Shown here one piece after another: positions 19,010 to 28,240 of a DNA stretch of 64,000 nt (its first letter is position 1; each line of letters opens with the position of its first letter). Where the stretch lies: sequence record OZ035789.1. The stretch is one strand, 5' to 3'. Under the pieces are notes generated by a model. The model made no database searches. It worked only from the letters and a program-made list of their open reading frames with translations, and was not told where the DNA came from. This stretch comes from Tequatrovirus BCH953P4. A program made the position numbers and the translations under genes.

Positions 19010-20031
19010 TAGTTCAGTGCATTTAGTGCATTGTTCAGTTTAGAACGTTGCTTCGTGAGATTTTTGACTTTTTCTTGAGCTTTTTCTAACATCTTTTCAG
19101 CTTCTAACACTTCATTAGTTGCTTTAACGAGTTCATCATCTACTGCCTTGATAGACTTCTCAATCGCATCCGCGTGCCATTTTTCAACAGGTTTAAGACT
19201 CGGATTTTCAACAGGAAGAAAATTCACTTTATTGAATTTCCATGCATCCTTATTACCTGAACTATACATCCAAAATTTAGGATCGTTTGATGAGTAATTA
19301 GATAAATTTAAGTTATCTTGCACTTCCTGCTTTTTCTCTTGCGGGACTTCGTCCTTTCTCAAAAAATCGTATTTAAATGAAACGATCATATCAAGTTCAT
19401 ACGTTGTTGTGTCTAATTTAAATCGCTCAAAACGAGGTAAAATCTTAGACTGAACAGCGGCAACAACATCCATATACTTAAATGCTTCTGTCAACTGCGA
19501 TTTAAGGCATTCGCAAATTGAAAGAGAATTTTTTGTATTAGGTTTAAAGCTAATTCGTGCAGTTCTGTTATTTTCTTTTAATGGTCTTACTTCCATCTGA
19601 AGAGTATAACCATCAAATTTCAGGTTCTTTAAGTTAATGTCAGAACCTTTTAATCGACTAGCCGTGGACAAAATTTGCTTTAATTGTTTACGGAATAGAG
19701 CAATAAATCTCCATTCAATACGATAATGATTTGGATTGAAAAATCCAGATGATAAATTAACCTTACTTTGACCAACGCCTTGAACAAATAGAGGATTTTT
19801 ATAATCAATAGTTTTACAGAAATCGGTGAGCTGCTCACGAGCAGTCATTTGCGTAATATACCCTGCTTTACTAAAATTACGCACCCATTCACTGCTATTC
19901 GTATACTTAAAGTGATGAATAACACGATTAACTTTATCAGGGTCTAAATTATTTTCACACAAAAATGTCATAACATCACGAGTATAGCTGGCATTACGAA
20001 CCATATCTTCAATTTGAGAACGAGTTTTCAT
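19009..20031 (-). CDS. Hypothetical protein with C-terminal coiled coil, 340 aa (paralog family member)
   Basis: ATG start; C-terminal …SLKPVEK… then coiled coil, similar to the tail of ORF 18025-18951. Confidence 0.6.
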   Translation of the reverse strand: MKTRSQIEDMVRNASYTRDVMTFLCENNLDPDKVNRVIHHFKYTNSSEWVRNFSKAGYITQMTAREQLTDFCKTIDYKNPLFVQGVGQSKVNLSSGFFNPNHYRIEWRFIALFRKQLKQILSTASRLKGSDINLKNLKFDGYTLQMEVRPLKENNRTARISFKPNTKNSLSICECLKSQLTEAFKYMDVVAAVQSKILPRFERFKLDTTTYELDMIVSFKYDFLRKDEVPQEKKQEVQDNLNLSNYSSNDPKFWMYSSGNKDAWKFNKVNFLPVENPSLKPVEKWHADAIEKSIKAVDDELVKATNEVLEAEKMLEKAQEKVKNLTKQRSKLNNALNALN

Positions 20032-20039
20032 GGTGTTCC

Positions 20040-20930
20040 TTAAGATTTAAGTAAATCAACAATTTTAATTAACTTTTCACGCTCAGATTTAGCTTTACTA
20101 CTCAGTCCAGATAGTCTGAAAATTTCATCATCATACTGTTGAATAGAAATATTCAGCTCTTCAATTTGCTTATTAAAATAATCAATTTGTTCAGAATGTT
20201 TTTCATTACTACGAACTGGTACAGGTTTTGTAGGCAATTTAGTTGAACTGGATTCATCCGGGCGATAAATTAAAATACAATTTGAACCAATCGGACATTT
20301 AGCACCAGACACATATTCTAATGTTCCAGCTTCTTTTAAAACTTCAAAAGCTAAACAGAGATGATGCCCCATATTAACATAATCTGTAGAGCGAGCTCTG
20401 ATATAATAATCATCTCCACGAGTGCTAAATTTAAAGCATTTAAGGTCTTCTGTATTATTAGTTTTAAAAATCATTTGTTTATCTAGACCTTTAGCTAATC
20501 GAGCGCCTAATGCTAATAATCGTCGTTGATTTTCCCACAAATCCGCAATCATTTGATCGAATGATAATTTTGGCATTAGTCGACCATAAAGGTCATATCC
20601 TTTATTATAATTACGAAGGATTTCACTCGCATTAATACGAGATAATGCTCCAATTTTATTAAGGGCTTTCATGATGCGATTAGATAAACTCATTCCAGAC
20701 CCGTTTGTTCGCTGTAAATGTTTTTCTAATCCAAATCCAATATCAACTTTAAACTTATCTAAAATTTCAGCATGAACATCTCTGTCAATAACATTCAAAT
20801 CCAAAGTTGAGTTAAATCTATGAAAAAATTTATCTGGCTCTCCACGACGAAATACAGTCCATTCATTCATCATTTTTTTATTAACTAAAGATTTAATTAC
20901 TGCATTGACATTATTAATTACTACTGACAT
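20040..20930 (-). CDS. Hypothetical protein with C-terminal coiled coil, about 296 aa (paralog family member)
   Basis: ORF-track start is TTG; ATG at 20930 preceded by GAGGAAAA; C-terminal …TKPVPV… then coiled coil. Confidence 0.55.
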   Translation of the reverse strand: MSVVINNVNAVIKSLVNKKMMNEWTVFRRGEPDKFFHRFNSTLDLNVIDRDVHAEILDKFKVDIGFGLEKHLQRTNGSGMSLSNRIMKALNKIGALSRINASEILRNYNKGYDLYGRLMPKLSFDQMIADLWENQRRLLALGARLAKGLDKQMIFKTNNTEDLKCFKFSTRGDDYYIRARSTDYVNMGHHLCLAFEVLKEAGTLEYVSGAKCPIGSNCILIYRPDESSSTKLPTKPVPVRSNEKHSEQIDYFNKQIEELNISIQQYDDEIFRLSGLSSKAKSEREKLIKIVDLLKS

Positions 20931-20937
20931 ATTTTCC

Positions 20938-21345
20938 TCACTCAATTTCAATTTTACTAAATATACAGAATATGATGGAAAAGACTATATAAGCACCACA
21001 CACAGATTGAACTAATACCATTCCAAAGAACCAAATAATATTATCAAACCATGTCTGTTTTACGTCGAAAGGACGTAAACTTACAGTAATATTATCACCT
21101 TTTTCTATTGAAGAATACATCTCTGGCGAAATATATTCGCTAAATCTATAACCGTCTTTGAGTTCATATACGGCAATAAACGATAAACTAGACCCCTTTC
21201 CTTGAGTTCCTGTAAGGGTATTAACTACAGTAACATCATAATCTTTATAATGCATATAATCATTAATTGCGTAATAACCATATGCAATTACTATACATAA
21301 ACAACATATCAATAAATTCAATCTTTTAATTATCAACTGTTTCAT
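20938..21345 (-). CDS. Membrane protein, 135 aa, with N- and C-terminal hydrophobic helices
   Basis: ORF track; ATG start. Confidence 0.55.
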   Translation of the reverse strand: MKQLIIKRLNLLICCLCIVIAYGYYAINDYMHYKDYDVTVVNTLTGTQGKGSSLSFIAVYELKDGYRFSEYISPEMYSSIEKGDNITVSLRPFDVKQTWFDNIIWFFGMVLVQSVCGAYIVFSIIFCIFSKIEIE

Positions 21346-21400
21346 AATAATCTCAGTTAAAAGGGCTTAGAACCATTATACCATCCTTGGTATAAAGCGG

Positions 21401-21928
21401 TTATGCGAGTACCGTCTTTAACCGTTCTTCAAATTTCCGAATAGTGTTCTGGCGTTCAGCTCTTTGCTTTTTGTAAGTTTCAATACGCTCTGAAATGAGA
21501 GTGTATCGTTCATTTACTGATTCTTTCATAAAATCAGGAATTTCACGAGAAGCTTTAATCTCGTCAAATTTATCAATAACAGCTTGCTCTTCAGCAATTA
21601 AGTTATCATACATCAAAATATCTTTCTTGATGAACTCAATATCTTCTTGAGTTACACGAGATAATTTAGATGCTTTATCCTTTTTGTACTGTTCGTTAGT
21701 ATCACGAGACCAGTGTAATGTACGATTTTTATTCGTATTCTTGTAAATTTCTACAATACCAATCTCATCAATAATAACGATCCAATTCCAACGAGATTTG
21801 TAAATTTGCCCTCCGTCAACCGTGATTTCACCTCCGATTGAGATGTCATTAAAGAACTTGCTTTGTGCTTCAGATTTAAATTTACCATCGTTGTAATTTA
21901 CCAGGTTGAAAATATCTTTAGCGTTCAT
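21401..21928 (-). CDS. Hypothetical protein, about 175 aa, start refined to MNAKDIF
   Basis: ORF-track start is TTG inside the promoter; GGAGGAACA Shine-Dalgarno before the internal ATG. Confidence 0.5.
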   Translation of the reverse strand: MNAKDIFNLVNYNDGKFKSEAQSKFFNDISIGGEITVDGGQIYKSRWNWIVIIDEIGIVEIYKNTNKNRTLHWSRDTNEQYKKDKASKLSRVTQEDIEFIKKDILMYDNLIAEEQAVIDKFDEIKASREIPDFMKESVNERYTLISERIETYKKQRAERQNTIRKFEERLKTVLA

Positions 21929-21956
21929 TTTGTGTTCCTCCGTAGTTGATAGTTGT

Positions 21957-21986
21957 ATAGTACCACAGAGGAACAGTCTTGTAAAC
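21957..21986 (-). promoter_or_regulatory. Early promoter: -35 GTTTACA, 17-nt spacer, -10 TGgTACTAT plus conserved downstream block
   Basis: Shares the block TACTATACAACTATCAACTAC with the promoter at 38097-38126. Confidence 0.5.
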
Positions 21987-21988
21987 AA

Positions 21989-22303
21989 CTAAAAGAAACT
22001 TCTTTCACAATTTTTTCCACTGAACCAAGCGCTCACTGCTTTCTTAGTCTCAGGAGCAGTGTTATCCATAAACCATTCAAAGGCAGCCTTTTTATGATTC
22101 TGGAGGGCTTCTCGGGCTTTAATCTGCTCACGGTCTATTAACACTAACATATGAGCCTTTCTTGTCACCAAGGGCTTCTTATGATTTTTTGAATATTCCC
22201 AATCATTTGTCCATCGCATCGTTGTTGCGAATTGAAGTACAGCTTCTTTAATTTTAGTTTCGTAAATTTCACGAGCCTTTGAGTATAACATCATTACCTC
22301 CAT
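21989..22303 (-). CDS. Hypothetical protein, 104 aa
   Basis: ORF track; ATG start. Confidence 0.5.
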   Translation of the reverse strand: MEVMMLYSKAREIYETKIKEAVLQFATTMRWTNDWEYSKNHKKPLVTRKAHMLVLIDREQIKAREALQNHKKAAFEWFMDNTAPETKKAVSAWFSGKNCERSFF

Positions 22304-22393
22304 TCACCAGTTTAATTCTAGTCATCTTTTTGATTGCAGTCCATATAATCTATTTCTGAACTGCCTTTTTGTCTTAGAAGGCCTCTTATGAAT

Positions 22394-23362
22394 TTATTTC
22401 AGAAGAGTAACCTCAGCGATTTCTTGCCAACCGTTTTTGTCGGTCATAATAAAGTCAGCAAGATAAAGAGCAGTACGCAGTGAAACATTACGTAAACGGT
22501 TAACATTGACTTTCATCCATGATAATGCTTTATAAGTTTCTTCATCAGAAAGACCGCGCTTTTGCATCATGTCGGTTGAAAGAATAACATCTTCAACCCT
22601 GACCATAATTTCTTCATTAGTGTGAACACCCAAATCTAAATAAACTGAGCGGGACACTAATGCTTGTAAATGTGGAGCAAGTTTAGTACCACGGTCTAAT
22701 TCGCGGTCAATGTCAACGTTTGTGATAAAAACAATCGTTCCTTTAAATTCAAACTCACGCTCAATGCCTTTTTCTTCTAAGTAAGAAGATGCGGTGCTCC
22801 AGCAGACTTTACGGGTCTCTCCAGTGTCCAGAGCAGCTTTCAGAAGATTAAGAATGTCCATATCAGAGAAAACATCCACATCATCAATCAAAAGGACAGA
22901 ATTCTCTTCACGATTATTCCAAAGCTGTTCATAAAGACCGATACCAGAGATTTTACCATTAATGCTTTTATACTCAATGTATCCAATATCATTTGCTTTA
23001 TTTAAAGCTTTATCTAAAGAATACGTTTTACCAATACCTGCTGCTCCCGAGATAATTAATGAACGAATGTTTCCGTTAATAATACCATTCGTCATCATTC
23101 CCATAACATTAAATCTTTTATTAATGCGGGTTTTCATATCTTCATACGATTCTTTAACTTCTTCAACTTTTACACCATCATATGAAATGTCTGATTTGTA
23201 AACCCAAACACCGCGACGTTTACCGTCAATTTCAACAAAAACTTTACCATCTCCTTGTGCATCTACCGGAGCATTATCTGGGAACCATTCGCCTAAGAGC
23301 TCAAAAGTTCCAGAGATTTCTTTACCGAAGTAGATACCCTTATTGATAGTTACAGTTTTCAT
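22394..23362 (-). CDS. P-loop NTPase (AAA-like ATPase), 322 aa
   Basis: Walker A GAAGIGKT and Walker B VLLIDDVD. Confidence 0.65.
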   Translation of the reverse strand: MKTVTINKGIYFGKEISGTFELLGEWFPDNAPVDAQGDGKVFVEIDGKRRGVWVYKSDISYDGVKVEEVKESYEDMKTRINKRFNVMGMMTNGIINGNIRSLIISGAAGIGKTYSLDKALNKANDIGYIEYKSINGKISGIGLYEQLWNNREENSVLLIDDVDVFSDMDILNLLKAALDTGETRKVCWSTASSYLEEKGIEREFEFKGTIVFITNVDIDRELDRGTKLAPHLQALVSRSVYLDLGVHTNEEIMVRVEDVILSTDMMQKRGLSDEETYKALSWMKVNVNRLRNVSLRTALYLADFIMTDKNGWQEIAEVTLLK

Positions 23363-23419
23363 TTTATTCTCCTTTGATTTGATAGGACTACTATAACATA
23401 GTCCTATCAGTTTGTATAC

Positions 23420-23620
23420 TTATTTTGACATTTCTTCGATGTCACGACGATACCCGTCACGAACTTCACGAAGAGCTTCAAGGCCACACATAGGCTCGAT
23501 ACCTGTAATGTGAACTTGATTAATCTGATACTCTACATCTTCTAACTGAGCGAAAACATAACGACGTTCAGCTGCACAACCAGATTTAGCTTTACCGAAA
23601 CGTTTATTCAAAGTAGTCAT
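23420..23620 (-). CDS. Hypothetical protein, 66 aa
   Basis: ORF track; ATG start; lies downstream of an early promoter. Confidence 0.5.
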   Translation of the reverse strand: MTTLNKRFGKAKSGCAAERRYVFAQLEDVEYQINQVHITGIEPMCGLEALREVRDGYRRDIEEMSK

Positions 23621-23658
23621 TTTGTATCTCCAATTTACTCATTTGTTTTGATAGGTCT

Positions 23659-23688
23659 ATAGTATCAACAACTACAGACCATGTAAAC
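23659..23688 (-). promoter_or_regulatory. Early promoter: -35 GTTTACA, 17-nt spacer, -10 TACTAT
   Basis: Read on the minus strand; follows the terminator at 23719-23738. Confidence 0.5.
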
Positions 23689-23718
23689 CGTTTTGTGAAA
23701 AATTTTTGAAATAAAAAA

Positions 23719-23738
23719 AGGGAGCCCGAAGGCTCCCT
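23719..23738 (-). terminator. Rho-independent terminator: AGGGAGCC-UUCG-GGCUCCCU hairpin followed by a U-tract
   Basis: 8-bp GC-rich stem with UUCG loop, then UUUUUUAUUU on the minus transcript, directly after the stop of ORF 23740-24753. Confidence 0.65.
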
Positions 23739-23739
23739 A

Positions 23740-24753
23740 TCATTTATAATAACTTCGATGGTTTTCAAGATAGACCTTCTCAAGGAAGTCATCCCAAAAA
23801 CCCATGTCCACTTTTTGCTGCATACCGTTCTTAGAAGCTTCAGTAGATGCTGCTTCTACTTGATCGACCACATCTTCCAAAAACTCTTGAACGGTTTTAA
23901 ATGGATGTTTACCCAACTTCACGTCGAGAATAAATGGAGCATCTTGGAGTGGATAAACCAAGTCACCAGTTTTGTAAATTTCCAATAGTTGAAGTCCACC
24001 ACGACAGGCATGGCTCAGAGCTTTCCAGTCAATGCCTTCGTTGGCTTCGGCCTTACGAGCGCGTTCACCGTATTCAGCATCTAATTTGTTCAGTGACTGC
24101 TTAAGCTCAATAAGAGAAAGCGTTGTCTGATATTTACGACCCAACACAGTGTAGAACGTTTGTGGGCCTGTTTTCTCATGATTATGGAACACCCATTCAC
24201 AGAATTCGTTTTCTGGAAGACGATGCTTAATATCTTCAACTTTAGTACGACGCTGCTTAATGGAACCGTCTTCTTGGTAATCAACCCATTGCTCAGGGAT
24301 TTGATTAACTACTTTCAATACATCACGTAATGCTGCCAAACGAGAACCCTTGACACCGTATTTAGAAGCTTGCTTACGGACATATCCTAAATATGATTTC
24401 ATGTTAGTCGTATAAAAACGAGAACGGTTGTCTTGAATAAACTTCCACACATCAGGCAAATCAGATTTAACCACTAGTTCAGGTGGAGTGTGAAGCATAT
24501 CCAATGCTACGGTTTCACCATCTGCTGCTAATTTAAAGAAATATTTAAGACTGTATAGTTCATGGTCAATATCATCTTTAGTGTTTTTAGATGATGTATT
24601 GTTAGTGTTTTTACTCATATGTTCTTTAACATTTCCGATAAGAATATCGCGAGCAGGAGGAACAAAGATTTCTTTAAAATCTACATCAGATTCTGGGGTA
24701 GAAGTTCCATAAAGATGACTACCAAAATAGCTTTTCATTACTGTTTTCATCAT
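23740..24753 (-). CDS. Putative Pol-beta-superfamily nucleotidyltransferase-like protein, 337 aa
   Basis: N-terminal YFGSHLYGTSTPESDVDF fits the G[GS]-x(9-13)-DxD signature of minimal nucleotidyltransferases; function unassigned. Confidence 0.5.
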   Translation of the reverse strand: MMKTVMKSYFGSHLYGTSTPESDVDFKEIFVPPARDILIGNVKEHMSKNTNNTSSKNTKDDIDHELYSLKYFFKLAADGETVALDMLHTPPELVVKSDLPDVWKFIQDNRSRFYTTNMKSYLGYVRKQASKYGVKGSRLAALRDVLKVVNQIPEQWVDYQEDGSIKQRRTKVEDIKHRLPENEFCEWVFHNHEKTGPQTFYTVLGRKYQTTLSLIELKQSLNKLDAEYGERARKAEANEGIDWKALSHACRGGLQLLEIYKTGDLVYPLQDAPFILDVKLGKHPFKTVQEFLEDVVDQVEAASTEASKNGMQQKVDMGFWDDFLEKVYLENHRSYYK

Positions 24754-25211
24754 TCAGCCTTATATTCAATAACAGGACATACTTTAGCTTTACGAGCTTT
24801 TAAAAATTCGACGATAATAGATTTCTTGGGTTGAATAGGAGGTAAACCTTTATACGCCCTATCAATATTTTCTACGTGTAAAGCATAATCCTTTTTCCAT
24901 TTATAATCTTTATATTTTTCACGCAAATGTGCAGGAATAACAAATGAACCGATAATAAGTAAAACAACCAAAAGCGCAAGTATAAATGCTGATGGAAGCA
25001 AAGTCCATAAACTACCAAAAATAAGCCAACGTTGTAGGCTTTCTGCACAAATAATTGTTAGCCCTACGAGTATAGCACATCCAAAAATAGAAACGAAAAA
25101 TGTAGGAATGGCAATAGACCAAAAATATGCGCATAGTGTCTTAGGTCGTTGCCATTCATCGTTAAACAATTTGAATAATTTATAGTGCCAAGAGTTTTCA
25201 TTAATAATCAT
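24750..25211 (-). CDS. Integral membrane protein, 153 aa, 2-3 predicted helices
   Basis: ORF track; ATG start; hydrophobic segments. Confidence 0.55.
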   Translation of the reverse strand: MIINENSWHYKLFKLFNDEWQRPKTLCAYFWSIAIPTFFVSIFGCAILVGLTIICAESLQRWLIFGSLWTLLPSAFILALLVVLLIIGSFVIPAHLREKYKDYKWKKDYALHVENIDRAYKGLPPIQPKKSIIVEFLKARKAKVCPVIEYKAE

Positions 25212-25213
25212 AA

Positions 25214-25735
25214 TTATCCTTTCATTGAAGGCGTAACAGTTGTTAAATACTTAATCATAGCTTCAGCTTCTGATTTTGATAATGAAATTTCTCCATTGTT
25301 TTGACGAATAGAAATAAAATCCGGATGACGGTCACCACCAGCTTTTAAAACACACATATAAGTATCAACTTCATCTTCAATATTTGAAATGATTGAAGCA
25401 GTTCCACATGAATGCGGTTTTTGATAAATCAATGCAGCTTTTCTTCCGCCATTTGACTGTTCATAAACTTTTAATACATCAAACAAATCACTTCTTTTAT
25501 CAATAGCTAAAATGTTATTTTCATCTTCAATGTTAAATCCTTCGGATACTTCATAAAGTGTCACCCATAAATCGCCAATATCAATAACAGCGTTCACCTT
25601 TCCATGACTTTCAAGAGCATGACAAATTTTCTTGATTTCGTCATAACTCATTTTAATAATATCATCTCCTTGACTAAGAAAGATGTCATTTTTAAATTCA
25701 ACACGAATTAAACCGCTTCCACTTGAAATAAACAT
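25214..25735 (-). CDS. Hypothetical protein, 173 aa (tandem paralog A)
   Basis: C-terminus SIRQNNGEISLSKSEAEAMIKYLTTVTPSM resembles the C-terminus of the adjacent ORF. Confidence 0.55.
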   Translation of the reverse strand: MFISSGSGLIRVEFKNDIFLSQGDDIIKMSYDEIKKICHALESHGKVNAVIDIGDLWVTLYEVSEGFNIEDENNILAIDKRSDLFDVLKVYEQSNGGRKAALIYQKPHSCGTASIISNIEDEVDTYMCVLKAGGDRHPDFISIRQNNGEISLSKSEAEAMIKYLTTVTPSMKG

Positions 25736-25741
25736 ATTTCC

Positions 25742-26299
25742 TCACTTTGAAATCATAGTTGGAATGACAGAATCAAGATAAGTCTTTAGCGCAATAGCTT
25801 CGTCTTTGGTAAATGTGACAATATGTGATCGAAAATCGTCAATTTGGCGAATAGTTAAGACATCTCCCTCTTCATAACATTTTGATACATTTAAAAGAGT
25901 TTCATCATTCTGATTGCAAGCGTTAGTAATAATAGCATTGCAATTTTTGAGCCATTTTAAACTATGTTTTCTTTCATTAAAATAATAAAAATATTTAATC
26001 TTAGCTATAAAACTATCCCAATGGATAACTGATAAACACATTGACTCACTTTTAATATTAAATCCTGGGCATGAAGAATAAAAATGAATTTTGTGCTCAT
26101 CATTGATGCTTACTATTTTATCAGTATAAGGATATTCAATTTGGGTTAAATGAATGATTTCACTAGGCGTAAAATATAGCATATCGTCTTCTTGCGTCAA
26201 ACGATACATGTTATTTACTTTTTCTATAGCCAATTCACCAAAAAGCGGACTAACTTCTAATACTAATCGTTTCATATTGATTCTCTTCGACTCACTCAC
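25742..26299 (-). CDS. Hypothetical protein, 185 aa, GTG start (tandem paralog B)
   Basis: C-terminus TIRQIDDFRSHIVTFTKDEAIALKTYLDSVIPTM; AAAGGAG Shine-Dalgarno before GTG. Confidence 0.55.
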   Translation of the reverse strand: MSESKRINMKRLVLEVSPLFGELAIEKVNNMYRLTQEDDMLYFTPSEIIHLTQIEYPYTDKIVSINDEHKIHFYSSCPGFNIKSESMCLSVIHWDSFIAKIKYFYYFNERKHSLKWLKNCNAIITNACNQNDETLLNVSKCYEEGDVLTIRQIDDFRSHIVTFTKDEAIALKTYLDSVIPTMISK

Positions 26300-26301
26300 A
26301 A

Positions 26302-26406
26302 TTACATACTCCTTTGAATAATATCAATAATGTTGTTCACCAGATTATAAGTAAACATTGGGTAATTATATTGAATCATCACATACACAACAAACAAAAC
26401 TTTCAT
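26302..26406 (-). CDS. Possible small hydrophobic peptide, 35 aa
   Basis: Hand translation MKVLFVVYVMIQYNYPMFTYNLVNNIIDIIQRSM directly downstream of an early promoter with AAGGAGAAGAGA Shine-Dalgarno. Confidence 0.25.
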   Translation of the reverse strand: MKVLFVVYVMIQYNYPMFTYNLVNNIIDIIQRSM

Positions 26407-26434
26407 TCTCTTCTCCTTGGCAGTTGACAAGATT

Positions 26435-26464
26435 ACTATACCATAACCTTGCCAACTTGTAAAC
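26435..26464 (-). promoter_or_regulatory. Early promoter: -35 GTTTACA, 17-nt spacer, -10 TGgTATAGT
   Basis: Read on the minus strand. Confidence 0.5.
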
Positions 26465-26466
26465 CA

Positions 26467-26640
26467 TTAAATGACGTTTTCAATAAAATTCTGAAGCTTT
26501 GTGTGAGCATCAACCATGATTTTCATTTCTTCTTTGGCGAAAGCTATACCTCTTTCCCGAGAAGAACACTCATAGTCAGAAACTGCATTAGCATATTCTT
26601 CAATTAGCTTCATTAAAAACATCTGCTTTTCAGTTTTCAT
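26467..26640 (-). CDS. Small protein, 57 aa, not in ORF track
   Basis: Hand translation MKTEKQMFLMKLIEEYANAVSDYECSSRERGIAFAKEEMKIMVDAHTKLQNFIENVI. Confidence 0.3.
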   Translation of the reverse strand: MKTEKQMFLMKLIEEYANAVSDYECSSRERGIAFAKEEMKIMVDAHTKLQNFIENVI

Positions 26641-26824
26641 TATTCCACCTAATCATTTCAAGATATTGAACTAACTTAGCTTTAGATTTGTCCAAATCCT
26701 TTTTAGCTGCTTCTATACCGTCGTATGAATATCCTTCACAATGCTCAACTGCTAATTGATATGAATCTATTTCAATATCATGCGCTAATTTAATGATTTT
26801 TTCAAACTGTTCGCGTGTTAGCAT
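26630..26824 (-). CDS. Hypothetical protein, 64 aa
   Basis: ORF track. Confidence 0.45.
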   Translation of the reverse strand: MLTREQFEKIIKLAHDIEIDSYQLAVEHCEGYSYDGIEAAKKDLDKSKAKLVQYLEMIRWNNEN

Positions 26825-26826
26825 AC

Positions 26827-27066
26827 TTAAACTCTCGTATTATGATCGATAATTTCATCAAGAAACATATCTAACGCTTCTAAAGCATTATCCACTTTAG
26901 TTTCAAAGTCTTTAATGCCTTTATTCGAAATACCCGATGAATACCAAGCAAAGTTAATGCGCTCCTCATCTGCTTTACGAATTAAAGCTACCAATTCCTT
27001 AATTTTATCAGCTTGTTCGATACTAATCATTATTCCACCACATATGAAAGAGAGAATATTGCACAC
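26827..27066 (-). CDS. Hypothetical protein, 79 aa (start may be internal)
   Basis: ORF track. Confidence 0.4.
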
Positions 27067-27218
27067 GCCATGTGAGTTGCAACTTCATCACACATATTAT
27101 AACGTTTCTTAAGAAGTTCTACAAGTTCTTCACTAGTAACTTCATCCATGTCGACGAAAAAATCACCATTAATGATGACGTAGATATTTCCTTCTTGATT
27201 GAGTGCTTCAATTTTCAT
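27030..27218 (-). CDS. Hypothetical acidic protein, about 62 aa, start refined to MKIEALNQ
   Basis: ORF-track start is TTG inside the promoter; internal ATG with GAGGAGAA Shine-Dalgarno. Confidence 0.45.
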
Positions 27219-27246
27219 GATGTTCTCCTCTTTATCCGATAGTTGT

Positions 27247-27276
27247 ATAGTATCACAGCTCAAACGGAAAGTAAAC
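27247..27276 (-). promoter_or_regulatory. Early promoter: -35 GTTTACT, 17-nt spacer, -10 TACTAT
   Basis: Read on the minus strand; follows the terminator at 27292-27309. Confidence 0.5.
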
Positions 27277-27291
27277 CGGTAAAATGAAAAA

Positions 27292-27309
27292 AGTCTCCCG
27301 AAGGAGACT
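27292..27309 (-). terminator. Rho-independent terminator: AGUCUCC-UUCG-GGAGACU hairpin followed by a U-tract
   Basis: 7-bp stem with UUCG loop, then UUUUUCAUUUU on the minus transcript after the stop of ORF 27314-27700. Confidence 0.6.
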
Positions 27310-27313
27310 AATG

Positions 27314-27700
27314 TTATTCGAGGGAAAGAAGATACTTACTCTGGTAAAACATTCCAGTAATATCATCTATCGTGCTTTGGATGGCTGGAGGCATTTCTTT
27401 ATAAATGCTGTTAGATTGGTCTAGTATGCGATCAATCATTTTAATTGTGTCGGTAGGAAGTTTACTGGCATCTGGAATTGAAGGCGTGTATTTTCTACCA
27501 GAATACCCCAAATATTGCTCACCAAATTTATCAATCAAATCTGGCAACTCGGAGAAAATAAAATCGTATGCTTTGTGTCTAGCATAATTTTTAGTTTCAA
27601 AATGTGCAGAATGAAAATAAGCTTGTGCAGCCATTAATAAACCTAAGTATTCATCTGCCTTTGAAGGTTTTCCACTTTGTGAAAAGTCGCTGAATTTCAT
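27314..27700 (-). CDS. Hypothetical protein, 128 aa
   Basis: ORF track; ATG start. Confidence 0.5.
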
Positions 27701-27990
27701 TCAGTCTCCAATTTAATGTTCATAATTCTAGCGTATGATTGTGCCATCTCCGCGCCTCGTTCTATACATTCAAAATCAGAAGAGCACGGGTCATTTTTAT
27801 AGGTCGTTCTCATAAAACTATAGAATTGTTCAGACGATTCTACGCTTTTATTTTCAAAAAGCATATAAACGTGTCTAATACCAGATTCCATAAATTTATC
27901 AAAATGAGGATCGACATTCGCTTCAATTGGTGGAGATAAAGCAAACGCTAATCCTAGCATGGCAAATAGTGCCGTTGCTTTTAAGGCCAT
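27697..27990 (-). CDS. rI: Lysis inhibition regulator rI, 97 aa
   Basis: N-terminal signal-anchor MALKATALFAMLGLAFA; 97 aa as remembered for T4 rI; position upstream of tk. Confidence 0.8.
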   Translation of the reverse strand: MALKATALFAMLGLAFALSPPIEANVDPHFDKFMESGIRHVYMLFENKSVESSEQFYSFMRTTYKNDPCSSDFECIERGAEMAQSYARIMNIKLETE

Positions 27991-28002
27991 AAAGGCCTCC
28001 TA

Positions 28003-28215
28003 TCATTTTTGTCCTGTATTTACTTTATGCCGATGCACGGCCTTAACTTTATCAAGGTATTTTTCAAAATTTCGCAATCTAGTATAGTCTGCCGGAGATT
28101 GGTTGAGTGATACTTCTCGACGCAAAGCTGAAATGATATTTCCAACTTCCCTACGAATTTCATCTAATTGAAGAACAGTAAGATTGCGAAGTTGCTTTTC
28201 AGTTAATTGTAGCAT
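28003..28215 (-). CDS. Hypothetical protein, 70 aa (rI.1 position)
   Basis: ORF track; ATG start; AAAGGGG Shine-Dalgarno. Confidence 0.5.
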
Positions 28216-28240
28216 ATATACCCCTTTAGTTAGATAAACC

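Noticed and set aside
23604-23792. Minus-strand 62-aa ORF
   Set aside because: Spans a terminator hairpin and an early promoter and overlaps the start of ORF 23420-23620; more likely regulatory DNA than coding.
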